A DNA stretch of 64,000 nucleotides from Lingula anatina (Eukaryota > Animalia > Brachiopoda): positions 3,472,001 through 3,536,000 of the forward strand of contig CM120641.1 of assembly GCA_051362555.1 (NCBI GenBank). The letters run 5' to 3'. The position numbers and the translations under genes were made by a program. The notes below the pieces were generated by a model that was not told the DNA's origin, did not search any database, and worked only from the letters and a program-made list of their open reading frames with translations. Numbering within the stretch: position 1 is the first letter of the stretch; every line of letters starts with the position of its first letter. This document shows, piece after piece, positions 22,936 to 37,100 of this stretch.

Positions 22936-25900
22936 TTACAATTGGCCACAGTTTGAAATTGACACAGTGCCGTTGGTCTTCCCACTATTTGACCCAAGAG
23001 CTTCCATCTTCTGCACAACATCCATGCCCTCCTCCACCTTGCCAAACACCACGTGCTTATTATCCAGCCTGTACAAGGAAAAGATACCCAATCACTAATG
23101 TGATAAATTTAAAAATTTGCATTTTGGCAGAGCACATTAGCAACCTCTATTAACAGGATATCACTGCTTCTTTGCCAAACAAAATCTAGTCAATTTTCAG
23201 TAAAAAACATAATTGGCCTGTCAGATATGGTATGAACATATGTATATGAAAGGGGACAAACAAACAGGCAAAAATATATGCACACACTGTGTCCGTAAAT
23301 AATATACGTGATGAGTGGGTAATACATCCCATATTTTGGACAGTGAGCCATGTTGGACACCATGTATTAATTTTCCTGCTGTTTTTCTAATGCTAAATTT
23401 ACTTGATGAGATCAAGCATAAATATATTTAAAAAAAACAGAAATTAAGTTATTATCAATATAAAAAGTAAACAAAAAATTAATTTTTTTACTTTAATAAA
23501 TAAATAATAAAAAAATGTCCCCTTCCCTGTGATTCCTTCTTCAATACTATCAAATCAACAAATTACTGCTTATGTGTGATCACATATTACAATAATATTC
23601 TTCCTCAATGTATGCCAAATTGCACATTTATTTCTTGTTTAAATGGGTCACAAGACATTTAATTTTTGTGACTTACCACTCAGTCTTAACAGTTGTAATG
23701 AAAAACTGGGAACCATTGGTGTTTGGTCCTGAATTGGCCATAGACAGCACACCTGACAAAACAATTTAACAGCAGTTAAACAGTAATTCTTGTGAAAGAG
23801 ACTATTCATAAGTGGATTGAAGCACTCACTCTCAACAGGCATGGCCATCGGAGATACCAACAAGGGTAGAAATGTTGCTTTCTTGGTTCCTATGGAAAAC
23901 TATTGTGAGCTTGGGAAATCTTGGTCAAATCTTACTTTCCTGTAAATCATTGCTGAAGTCCAGGAAATGCAAAAACCTTTAGGAAAATAGCTATTAAAGG
24001 TCGCTTTCTGGAATAACTGGCACAAAAGCACAGGGCTCCACATAAATGACTTTCAGGGAACAAAAATCTGTAAAACAAATCATTACATCTCTTCGCGGCA
24101 CCATTTGTTTATATGTGAATAGGGCTAGCCAATTTATAGTTGCCATAAATAGACACAAAACTGATGTATGTTCAGGTGAATATTGAGAAAGTGACATTAT
24201 GCCGCAAGCCGATTGGATCATATTTATATACTCCAGCTATTTCAAGAGCTTGTTTTCCAAATGCCATAAATTGCGTTTTAGAGGCATTTTCAAATGTTGA
24301 TTTGCTGTACATTTATGATTGAAATGATGTTTTGTCAAACTTCAGTTCATTTAAGAATAGATCCACTTTTGGGCAGATTTTTCCAGTCTGATTTTGGTCA
24401 TTTTGGTTTCAAATTCTTGGCAATACATTCTTGATTACATGTGAGTCTGTTCTTCTACTACTGTGACCGTTTAACCTTGTATTTCTCAATCAGATCAGAC
24501 ATATGTCACTGTACAATTCTCCCTGGCTTCTGCAGTGGCAACAGAAGCATTGAAAAGCAAGGAATTCCTTAAGGGTGAAGCAGGCACACATGGTGCTGGT
24601 ATGCCCTAAATAACAAGTCTGGACCCTTGTAGTATCTGTACTCAAGTCCAAACTGAAGTGTGAAACTTAATACATGTAAATGTACCATAAATTGGCATAT
24701 ATATTTAACATTATAATATACAAACATTTCTGCAATATGTGATATCACATACCTGGTCCTGTATGCTTATATATGAAGTTTTCATCTGCAAACTTCTTTC
24801 CATAAATACTTTTCCCTCCTGTGCCGTTGCCCATGGTAAAATCGCCACCCTGGATCATAAATTTTGGGATAATTCTGTGGAACACACAACCATTGTATCC
24901 AAAGCCTTTTTCACCAGTACACAGGGCACGGAAATTTTCTAAGAATAATTAAAATAAAATATCAGTCAGTAGTGAACACTGAAAAGTAAAGTATTTCATG
25001 CAATAAGTAATTTTTAGACACCATTCCTTTTCTGGAAAAGGATATATGAAAATATGTTGCTAAGCAAGGATCACTTGCTCTGTCAAACCCGAAAAAATAA
25101 TTTATAATAAAAAATTTGCAAATTGTCAAATACACTGGTAACTGTTTGTTGCATGAAATATTAACAAACACAATTTTCACTAAATACCATAGAGTGTGTA
25201 TTTCAATAATCATTTATCATCATCTGCATGCAAAATGATCATATAAGACATACCTGCTGTTTTGGGCACTTTGTCAGCAAAAAGCTGGAAAATATAATGA
25301 ATATAAAATTTATTCAAATTTGTAAAGTAAATATACAGGGAAGATGTTTCAGATGTTGGGAGATCTTTAAACTTGTATTCATAGTACATATATAAAAATG
25401 CACAGGCCACTCCCTTGACGGGTTGGTCGAAACATACATTTTATGGTTTATGAAATTATGAGGCATCTGCTCCCATAGGAGTAGTTTTTCTTATCAATTA
25501 AGTGAAAAGAAAATGCCATTTGAAGCTTTTCTGGTTACAGTGGTATGTGTTAAATATGAGATATGCCAGACTACAAGTAAAAAAAATGTAAGCAGTGTTA
25601 CTACTTGTACTTCTGTCTATAAAAAAAAAAACAACACCAAAATTATCAATATTATCTAGGCACATCACTCCTTTAACTTACAGTATACTCAATTACTGAA
25701 AGGGCGATTAAATTGGTAACAGCAGTATCATATATATGAGCAGCATATTAAAACCAGGAAGTAACTTTTGATGAACTTTGAACCATAATGATTTTATCGC
25801 GCTTAGAAATAGTCTAACAAGATGATACTATTAGTATCACGCCACTGTAACTCGAGTATGTATCGAAACTTGTCGCCATGATACACCATTTTCATGTCAA

Positions 25901-25982
25901 TTAATAATGTTACCTCCATGACAATGCGCCCCAGTGGTTGCTTATTGTGCACAACATCAAAGAAAACTCTGGGATTAGCCAT
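22936..25982 (-). CDS. PPIA: Cyclophilin-type PPIase (CypA-like), paralog 2; 164 aa
   Basis: Exons 25982-25914 ([23 protein letters not shown]), 25284-25254 ([10 protein letters not shown]), 24938-24753 ([35 protein letters not shown]...), 23752-23677 ([26 protein letters not shown]), 23068-22936 (LDNKHVVFG...NCGQL*). Exon sizes 69/31/186/76/133 nt. Candidate minus-strand AATAAA at 22105-22110. Symbol denotes the family. Confidence 0.93.
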
Positions 25983-26576
25983 GACTGCTGATAATATAAT
26001 AATTAGCTAAGTTATCCTCTGACTTAATTGGTCGATGAGTTAAGATGTCCGAAGCACTCGCTTCCACCGCTCAAAGAGAAAGAAACACGTGCTTTTATTC
26101 ATACACTTAATTGATAATACATACGCTTGTAATTAGCGAATTTTGGGTATTTACATTCATGTAATTTCTTTATAACGTATTCGAACTTTAATAAATAAAT
26201 AATGATCAGAAGGAATATTCCAATTGTTAAAAAAGCGCTGAGTGCTTTGTGTCATGACCGAACTATTTTTTCACGAACCGGCATTTTCGGCACTGTCCAC
26301 ACTTTTGCCTCGTTCTCGCTAAGCTTCTTTCATATGCTCAAAATGGGTTTGAGGTTAATTGACAAATCCTGGGTGGTGGCTGGTGGTGGCACATTATCTT
26401 ATCTAAAGTCAGTAAATGGGACGAATGCGGAGAAAGTGGTGGAAAAGCATGTCTTTTATTCATGCGTGAAACTGCACATTTTGAACGGGGCATTACAAGT
26501 TCACTTCGTTAATTTTCTTTATTTGTGAATTTATTGAGTTATCTCATCCAGAATCCCCTCCCCAGACCAGAAATTT

Positions 26577-26692
26577 GGGGTCGTAGCAATGAACCTTTTA
26601 TTAAAAATCCTCCGACCAATGAACCCTTTATTAAAAACCGATGAAAATGTTATTTTTCGGACCAATGAACCTTCGGACTATCGAGACACCCC
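26577..26692. mobile_element. Internally deleted copy of the 2157-2308 element
   Basis: Shares the GGGG(T/C)CGTAGCAAT left end and the ...GATGAAAATG...TTCGGACCAATGAACC..C.G.CTATC.AGAC.CCCC right end. Confidence 0.65.
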
Positions 26693-28628
26693 CCCCTCCC
26701 CCCCCTTTACTCCCTATATCAAACTGCATCATCTGTTTATTTATTTGTGTAATTGAGTTTTTTTTTCATTATTATAAATAGTTGTTAACACCATGTACAC
26801 TAGGGTTTATATCAATTAAGTTCTTCTGCTGTAGGACTTTGGGACAGATCGATACACGTGTGTGTTCTTAAAAACCCTGATGATTTACCCTATGGCCTAC
26901 ACGGAAGAGATATCAGCGTGCTTGCTGTCTTTTTTCAAGGAACTTGGATTGAAGTGTACTTTTGCATATATTGTAAATTTAGATGTTTAGATTGAAGAAA
27001 TTCCAATAGATGGCCAATCAACAACATAACACTAGCCAGTGCTTAAAGCAGTTTTATATCATAATCCAGTCACAAGGAAAAGTGCAAGTCTTCTACGATT
27101 CATAAGGCTTGTAACTTGAAGTACCACTGTTCCACAGCCATCCCAGTTACATTATTTACAAACACAGATCTGACGATTACAGTAGTTGATTACGAGCTTC
27201 ACAACATTCATGTACAAGAATAAATACAAAATAGCAGCAGCACCATTGTGTGTTCAGATGCAATCTTACTGTGTGAAAATATGGGCTCACGTTTTAACTA
27301 AAAGCACAGATCCAAAAGTTCTTCCACATACCCAAGTTTACATAAGTACAGCCACTACAACGAATTCACATTTAGACTGACAGGCATTACACAGTAATCA
27401 TATTTCATTTTTAACAGCAACTTGGATGTTCCACTTCTGAATTAGAACAGTTTGCTGAGAGAGGGAGAGAGAGAGTGGAAAGTTTGCTACTTCTTCACAT
27501 ATAAAGCAAACTGGGACCAGCTTAATCATAAAGAAAAAAACAAACAAACAAAAAGGTCAATTGCCCACGCTTACATTCTTATGTAACACGTGCAAAACTG
27601 GAAAAAACCATGGTAAAATCCCCACATCACTTTTCTAAAGTCAACTGCATCTATAACTCCAATTTAATAAGCCACTTCACTCACATCACCCTGTGGCAGG
27701 GACAAACACATCAAAAAGCCTTTGGCGTGGCAATGAGATCAATATGAATGTTATGATTGCAGTAAAAGCCCCTTAATGTTTACATTACACCATCAAATAT
27801 CAGGCTTTTCTGCAGTACGTCAATGGGACATGCTATGCCTCAACCCGCCACCGCAGGCAAGGGCTGCATGCCACAGCTAGCCTGAATGACACTACAGCTA
27901 AATTATTATCTAAAAACTACATCTCACTATGCCATTTAAGCTCACCATTGTACATTTTGAATAAACATTAATTTGATTTTCTGATCATATTTCCGTTTGT
28001 CTTGAAACAGTTTGTCATGGCATAAAAAGTGTATTTTCTTGGTGTAAGTCTGTTTTCTTACAGCTTCTTGTCCCCTTCTTCAAGCATGTTTTGCCAAGAG
28101 TCACATTTATGTCCACCTATTAACGTTTGCCAATCAAGCAACATGAAAAGCACCACATGCTCTGACATAAAAATAAACCATTTTCGAAAATTAAATACAT
28201 ATTGCTGAGGTTTGTTTTTCTATCAATTGTGAAAACAGGAATGGCTTTTTTTTAATGAGCAGATTCATATGTCAGTCATGTGTATAGAGATAATGTGCAT
28301 CGTATATTTCACATTCAATGAGAAACGATCAATGTTTTTGTAAAACACCCACGATAAGTAATAAGTAAACTGTTCACCAGGTGGTGAAAAGAGCTTTTTA
28401 TCCCCAAACTGTCCATTAAAACCATTCCGTTGAAGCATTGTGGGAATCCTGAAAACCAAAGGAGAGTTTCCTTTCACGATCTATGCATTAGAATTTGTCC
28501 ATTATGTTTATTTTGCCTCTTTGTCAACCATCATCAAACTCCAAACTCCAATACCAATGCAGTGGCAATCTTCTGTGAAAGCATCCTTCTTTAAAAGTTT
28601 GACAGACATTTGCCTCGAAAACTGTGCC

Positions 28629-31600
28629 TCAGATATTCCCCGATGGCACCCAAATGGTCTTCTTCTGCTCAATGTCAATGGCTGACTTGATCTGGGTGGA
28701 CATGTATGCCAAGCTATTGCCCCCTTGGACCATACCTGAATGAAGAGAACAAAACATGCTATTAATCCCACTGATCTGAATTTTAGGTCTTGTGTACATA
28801 AAATTAGAGTCGACTTAACGCATGCTTTACAATGATATACCTTAAAACGAAAACAAATTTAAAAGTGAAAAGTTATTGAAAATGAACTGTAGGTTAACGA
28901 TACAAACGTGAAAATTTTTCACTGCATAACTGCTACTCATACCAGGACACATTTGAATATATGAGGAACTTAAAACCATAATGCTCATTTTGAAGGATAA
29001 TGTTTTACCATACTTTTAAACATACTTTATAGAAATTAAGGATGGATACATCATAATTTTTAATGAAAATAATGAAATATGAACATTCAAATCATGAAGT
29101 AAGCAAAATGCTGACTTTTACAGTAAAATGAATGAGAGTATCATTTCTAAGAAAAAAAATTATTAAGCCATAAAATATCTTACTTGAAAACAAATGCCTG
29201 CAATCCTGTTCTACTTTCTGGAACTGTTCATACAGCTGCTTTGCACTTTTACTGGTCATCTTCTCTGGTAGAAATCTTGTGTCCTTCACCTCTCTGCAAG
29301 AAAAACAAAAATAATTTATCATCGAAAGCCCAAAAATCAATCAATCATTCAATTAATCAACCATTCAATAAAATACTGTATCTGCCAGCACATTCACACA
29401 CGAAATCAACCAGTCCAAATGGCCACAACATTTGACTACAGCTATCATACTGCAGGCAGGTTTAGACAATCTGCATACCTCAGTTCTTTAGATGACTTGT
29501 GTTTGCAGTAAAGCACTATGGGATAGATCTGTAGGCGATGGAGTCTCTCTATGGCATGGGCGCTAACATCCAGCATGGCATGGCGATTCTGAAAGCAAAC
29601 AATTTTATCCTTTACCTATATCCTATAATATGCTAAAACCAGTATTATTAAACACAACTAACATAATATTTGTAGAGGCATTCAGATACAAAAAAGTCCA
29701 TTTGGAAAAAATAAGGGAGGAAACTTTCAGATGAAACTATCTTTAATTTCGTATAATTCTTATCCCTCATAACTTCCTGCTTTTTAACATTTGTAAGTTG
29801 CAAAAATGAACATCAAGGTTATCATCTGACCCAGTCCTGGTTAAAATAATTCTGTAATCAATATAATTTTACCTTTTCAACAATTTGCTTGACTGCCTCT
29901 ACAGTGATGCACTCATAATGGTCGTCTTTTATACGGTAGTCCACCAACTGGCCATCAGATAATGCTTTTTCCACACTGCCTGCTAAGGCTTTCATTGGCA
30001 CTGTGAGAAAGATACAAATTACTCAGGTTTCAAAAAGATGGTGGCATCAAAAAACCAGAATATTTATTTATACATATGTCAGAGCAATGAATCTGCATTA
30101 ATTCTTTCTGTAAATAACAATTGAAGATTTTAAACTCCTATGCTCTGATTTTAATTTGACAATTATTCCTACATGCTTGTCGTTTCCAACAAAACTTGGC
30201 ACAAAACATTGGCAAAATTGTGTCTCAAGCCTCTTTGCATGCTCTCACTGAGTTGAATTCCACTTCTTTCAAGTACTGTCTCAAGCCTCATTTCTCTTTG
30301 CATGCTTTCACTGGCTTGAATACCATTTCTATCAAATACTATCAGTTTTTTATTGTAGTCTTAACAGTGACAATTTCACACACTCAAAAAAAGTGTTTTG
30401 TTGTTGTTTTTCACAACTTACTTGATTCACAGCGACAATATTTGTCTGGGGACTCAGAAGTAAGTTTATTAATCAATGGCTCTGCCAGGGGTCCAAGGAT
30501 CATAACTGGGCGACACACTTTATCTAAAAAAAGAGAGACAACAACTTTCTTTTTTTTTTTTCTGCAACATTGTGTACATAAAAAGAACTGAATTAAGATT
30601 AGATAAGTAAGATACCCTCTCCCTCCATGTCCAGCACCTGAAGAGAAGATTCAGTTTATATAAGACATGGTTTCCTTTCTTTCTTATATTGTTTATTTTA
30701 AGGCACTGGCTAAGGCTATACAAGAATAAAAATTTTCTATAAAGGTTATTAAGGCTTTAAAATAATGATCAGTTTAATAACTTTACACTAAAACCAATAA
30801 ATATAATTTTAATCAAAATCATTAACTAATTATCTCTAAAACACATTAAAAATTTATAGAAAGATACTAGTAATCCTTTGTTATTTGATGTCATTCCCAA
30901 TTTCTTTTTTCCAGCGTAATTGTGTTCTGGGCAATACTTACAGTCCAATCTCTCCACCCTCTGATATGTCAGCACAGTTCCATCTGCAAATATAGAAATG
31001 AGCATAGTTTATCACTTAGTAAAAATGTGTTACACTTCCCCTAAGCTAAAATGACAATGCCAGTGCTAATATGTTCTTATGAAATGTCAAAAGTAAAAGA
31101 TCAAGAAGAAAAGCTCTTAACAAGCTGTACAGACAAAATCTAATGATATAATAGTAAATCTGTAAATGTTATGTGCTAGAATAGATGGGCATAAACTGAG
31201 GTAAAAATGACAATTCCAGAACCTGAAATCATTCAGCTAATTTCAGCATTCATCGTCAAATTATTTTTTCCATGGAAACTTACCATCTAAAATAGGCACC
31301 GAATCTGTATTGATGGAGACATCTGAGAAAGAGGCCAGCTCACGGCTATCCTTGGAATTATTTCTCTGGTGTTTCTTCCGACGGAAGAAACTGCGTCTCG
31401 CTGTGGCAGATCCTCGACGAGAGGAGGCATTTTTCAATTCCTCCTCTTGCAAGGATTCAGAAAGGCTCCTTTTCATGGCAAGCTCATCCTCCATTCTAAA
31501 AGAGACAACAAGGAGGGTGAATTAGCCTGGTTCTTTACTTAAATCAGGAGAAACACATGAAAGAAATTATTCCATCTGGCCAATTCCATTATCTTTGAGT

Positions 31601-34103
31601 ATTTATAAAAACAACCGTACAATTAAATGCAGTTGCTAAAACAGAATACCCAACTTGTTTAAAAATCATAATCCTGAGAACCTTACGAAAGAGCAAAACC
31701 AATCTTACCTGTATTTGGAAGGAATGGTCCCACACTGTAATTTGTTGCCCTCGTCATCCACAAGCCATGCTTTCCATGTGCCAGGCATGCCATTGTATAA
31801 AGTGTCTTCTATGTACAGAACATCATCACGCTTAAAGCTCAGTTCCCCTTCATTTTCAGCTTGGCGATCAAACAGGGTACGGATATAAAATGAATCTCCT
31901 GGCTGGTCTCTTATTTTGTTATATCCTGTGGATAGATTATTGAACAGTTATACAAATAATGACTCACTTTGGTCAATGGTTGTTGTTAAGATACATGGAG
32001 GAATTTGCTACACAACAGTAGTCACAGTTGTAAAGGTCTAATTTCGTTACTATTCCACAAAAATATCTAAGAAGTATTTCGCTGCATAACTGTTGAATAC
32101 TGATATTTATGATGTATTCAAATGTTCTGAGTTGTGGCTAATCTGCACACACTCCAAAAAACAAACAAACAAACAAACAAACAAACAAATAAATAAATTC
32201 AAGATAAAAAACTGACAAACCAGTGCCCCACTCATTTATTTATGGACATGGTAAAATGTCTTTGTTCTTCTGATGATACTTACTGACTATATCATATCTG
32301 GCTAGAATGGTCACTCTTTCAGAAGGTTTGGACAATTCATGGGCTGCTTGCTCTGCTGTGGCTGACCGGAGATCAACACCATTGAACTGAAATGACCAGA
32401 TGTACCTTAACCTTAATGGTTTGTAGACTTCAGTGTCACCACATACACTAAACACAGTACTTGGTTTAACAGAGTAAAATAAAATCATTTTGATATACGT
32501 ACTTCATTTTTTCCAAAAATAAATCTACCATAATAAATTAGGAGGCCAATCCCATATTATTCCACACTGCAGAGCTACAAATAATTTGGAAAGAAAAATG
32601 TGTGAGTTGCCCTCAGTGCATCAGCAAAGAACAATGACAAGATGGTGGCAACTCAATACACAGGTTTCAAAGACAGTGCATAAAAGACTGTCATTGCTGT
32701 TCAGTCAGTAAATACCTCTAGTATCTGGTCTCCACATCGTAAGCCATTTGGTCCACATGCCACACTGTCCTTCTGGACTTCGTGAACAAAGATGCCCACA
32801 GCGTTGCCCCCTATCAGGCTGATACCCAGGCTGGAGGCAGCAGACTTCTGGAGGAACACAAACCTGGGCTCCATTGGAACATGGCTGTCTTGGCTACTGG
32901 AACTATAGAGGGCGCCACAGTGAGTCACTCATTTTTGATAGTTCAAGATCAATTTATGGCAGATTTTTTGCCTGAGACAACCCGACATATTGAGCGCTGA
33001 TTTGCAGCAACCTAAAGCAGCTTTTCTCAGCATATTTTACAAACATCAATAAAAACAGATTTTTACAGTAACACAAAAACACATCACATCATATAATATC
33101 AAAGCCCAGTGTGTTAAATATTATTCCATTGGAATATTCTAGCATTCGATAGGAAGATCAGTATGTAAAGATTTTGGTACACAAATTCTACTTAAAAAAT
33201 TAAATATCATTGACACTATACAAGCTGTACCTCTGGTTATTTGGATTGTTTCTTGGTGAATTAGTTGGTGTAGAGGAAGTGATGGTCTCATTGCTGCCAT
33301 GCTTTACCAGCTTGGGGGAGGTGGCGGGAGAGGTGGCCCTAGAGGACTGACTGGACCCACTATCTTCTCCATTGTCTTCAAATTCTGAAAGGAAGAATGA
33401 TTAGGAATTTATATCATATACATCATCATCATAATAAACCACTCTATACATAGATAATATATTTAATTGGATATTGCAAAATGGACTTTTGATTCAAACA
33501 TAAAATTAGCTTAAATCTACAGCATAATATTTTAAATAATTAAAAAAAAATTTTCACAAATAAAAATTCCATTTAGCATCCCTTTACAATTGCTATACTT
33601 TTACTTTACTATAGATCTCTATTTCATCCCCCTCTCCTAAAAAGGCAAAAACACAACTCACTATCAGGCAGGTATTGCACAAGCATTGTCATGCTGTCTC
33701 CACATTGCCTCAATACTATGGCAGCCTGGGTCTCATTGGCAGTTCTTAAACTCAGACCACACACCTGGAAACAAAAACCCCAAAACATCATTAAGATCCA
33801 AATTATTTATATAAAGCAAATGTTGTCTTGGATTGCTTTTTATGTTTAAAGATATCCAAATAAATAACAGAGTAACCCCTGAATTGCTTTTATTCAAGTT
33901 CCTGACAATGAAACATATTTTCAGGGTAAAACTTAGGATTCATTTAAAGGACTGCATTTCATGTGGTAACTTTCAAAACCTGCATTAACATACCACTTAT
34001 ATGCTGTTCCACAGATATTGTATACTGCAGTGTAATTGTGTTGACCTTCCCAAAGAAATCAACTTACTAATGGAATATTACCAATCCGTAAATTGTAGTT
34101 ATG

Positions 34104-34179
<76 letters not shown>

Positions 34180-37100
34180 CATAACTACAATTTACATATA
34201 TATAAAAACCCTCATACAGTTTTTATAACAAAAGAACCTATTGCTGACATGAAACTTCTACTAACCTCCAGAATCTGGTCTCCAACTTCCAGACCATAGT
34301 GCTCGGCCAGGCTGTTCTGTCCCACGGAAGATATAAAGATGCCGCTGCCATTCTTCCCTGGCTTGATTTGAATACCCAGTGGTTGAAATGTTTTCTCAAT
34401 GCTGATATGTCTGGTCTCCCCAATCTCAGGTCTAAAGAAATTGAGAACAACATTTTAAGAAATAACAAATTGTGTGCCTTGTAAATTTGCACTAACTATA
34501 GACCTACCATACTTGATATATAGAGCTACAGTGCAAACACTGTCATATTCACTTCATCGTGCTTTTATTAGAGTTAATAGTCAATTGATACCTAATGAAA
34601 GTCACCAATATCAACTGCATATCAAACTTTTGTTATATCAGTTGCTCTGTAATCTGTAGTCTGACATGACTTTTGCTACAAGTCCTATGTTTTAGCTTAC
34701 TTCTTTCTTGTCCTGGGAGGTTCAACGGAAGGAATGGAGCCTGTTGAGCTGTTAGTGCCAGGATGTTCAAGGTGTAAATATGGTGACATGGGACTGCTGC
34801 GATCTGACACTGAAATATACCGCAGTCAAATAGAAATTCTACATTCTAATACAATGAAAAGTTTCCAAAAGCAAACTAGGGAAAATGGACTCAGTGTGAT
34901 GGGACACAGAAATATATCAAAGCTGTGGACTTATATCCTAATAATTTTTTTCATTTTAAGAATAAACTACACAAACATCAAACTACTGATTTCACTCACA
35001 CTGTCACACACATACAAACTTTCTTCTCTTAGTTACTTTATAATAGACTGAGATTTCAGATTTTCACACAGTAAGACAATGTACTTTTCACTTACAAGAG
35101 CCAGCAGACCAAATGATCTTGCTGACGGAATTATTGACAGAATCTTGCGAAGGAATGCGAATGCGAGCAGTGTGATGCGGGTGATGATGGCCTCGTTTTG
35201 GGAAGGTTGAGAAACCATCGCTGTGCTCCAACTGTCCACTGCTGTGGTACGCTTTAGGAGCAGAGACGCCTCCGTATGGAAACTGTTCCTCGCTTGGGGT
35301 CGGGGTGGCTCTGTCCACTGTACTGCTGCTCTGTTAACATCAATACACATGCATATGGTTAAACAAGACGCAATATCAATATGGTAAAACATCATATATT
35401 CACCCAATACCAATACGGTTAAACATCATATAATCACCCAATATGTACATAACACATTTTAAATAGTGCTTGCATGGGCAAAATGTTTGACTTTCATGGT
35501 TTCACAAGATTACAGGAGGAGGCCTCACCAACTGTTAATTTCTCCTTGCTTCCTCTAACATGGTTTCAGTATTTAAATGCTGAAAATTTTGACCAACTGA
35601 TATGTGAGCCCTATTAGCTACAGGTTTTCAGCCATATCAATTATCTGATCCAAAGGAACATTCCTTCAGGCAAACAGAAATCCACTGTATATTTATAATA
35701 TTCTATAGCCTTAATAACACTTCACAAAGGCAGAAACCATAACCAAAGCAAGCAGAACAATTAGGAAATTTAAACTTACAAATGATGGCGAGGGAGATGT
35801 ACTGTACGGTTCATGGCGTATATAAGACCTCAGTGGCTCGGGACGTTGGTGAATTCCAGGAGGAGACGTAACTCGCGGGGAAGTTGGTTGACTAGTAGAT
35901 GGGAAGAGAGGACCAACTGACTGAGGTTGTCCATACACATTGGGGGATGTTCGCCGATGGTGGGCTGTTGAACTGGAAACAAGAACAACAGAAATAATGG
36001 AAACTCAGATACAGAACTACTTACATGGAAACCTATTCAATATAAAGCAGAGCCCCAGTTTAACTGCAAGTAAATCTCTTAGTTTCAAGATGAGGAAGAA
36101 GCAGAGTTGAAAACTGACCTTGGAGTATATACAGGCTGTGACTTCACCATGCCTTGGTAAGAAGCTGGGTGGTACCCTGCAGCTCGTTCCTGCAGCTTGT
36201 TTGATAATGGCGAAATCTTATCTCGTGGAGAAGTTGGCTGAGTGCCGTAAGTCTTTTGTTGGTTTGGTAGGTACATGGGTTGAACCTCCAACGACCCTGG
36301 CTTTGCGATGGGACTACTGTAGGTGGCATTAATTGGGGGTCGGTGGCCTGGGCCTCGTTTGTTGGATGGCGCTGACGTTGGCCTATGTCGTGGCGAGGGA
36401 TAATAATTGTTGTGTCCTGAAGTGACCGAGAAGTCCATGTCAGGTGTAGAAGTGTTTGGGTAATGAAGTGGTTCGAAACGCTTTTCTCCATCAGAGCTAA
36501 TCTCGTCTACTGAACTGTGCTTCACTGTGGCTTTGGGATACTTTGGCTTGCTACTATGGCCGTGCTGTGACGATGAATGAAGTGGTTTTTGTGGGGGTTT
36601 CTCCACCACAAAACTGGGTCCGTATTTGGCAGACATGTCAGAGGAGTTCTGTGGACTATGGACTTTCACTGGGAAATGATGGGACTTGTTTGTGTCCCGT
36701 CCAATGGAAGAAACTCCAGGGATATTTTGAGTCATCTTTGGATAAGCTGATCTTGGGGATGCATATTGTTGCGGTTGCTGTTTCTGTTGCTCTTGCAGTT
36801 GTTGTTGTTGATTTGGAGTTTGCTGTGACAACATCTCTGGTATTCCTGGTCGCTCTTTTTTCTTGTGCTCCCCTGGTACCAGTGAAATGGTCCCCGCACT
36901 GGTGAATTCTAAAGCACCCCTATATTTTGGCCAGGTACCTCCATTCTCTTCAATCTTCACACGCTTTCGTTTTTCTACGCGGGGTTTGTAGTCAATATCA
37001 TCCAGCACCGAATTGAGCTGTGTAAGAGCATCTTCCTCTGCAGTTTTAAGACTGGTGTCGGTGATGGCAGTGCCACTTTTGCTGAGTCGCTCTTTCTCTT

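Noticed and set aside
23830-23870. Possible relic of a second exon 4 in cyclophilin 2 (...GGTATCTCCGATGGCCATG...)
   Set aside because: Similarity is limited to a few bases around ATGGCC; no splice sites or extended alignment.
32903-33013. Upstream alternative acceptor (gctgctttag) for the DLG5 PDZ4 exon
   Set aside because: The extension contains an in-frame TAA, so it is not a coding extension.
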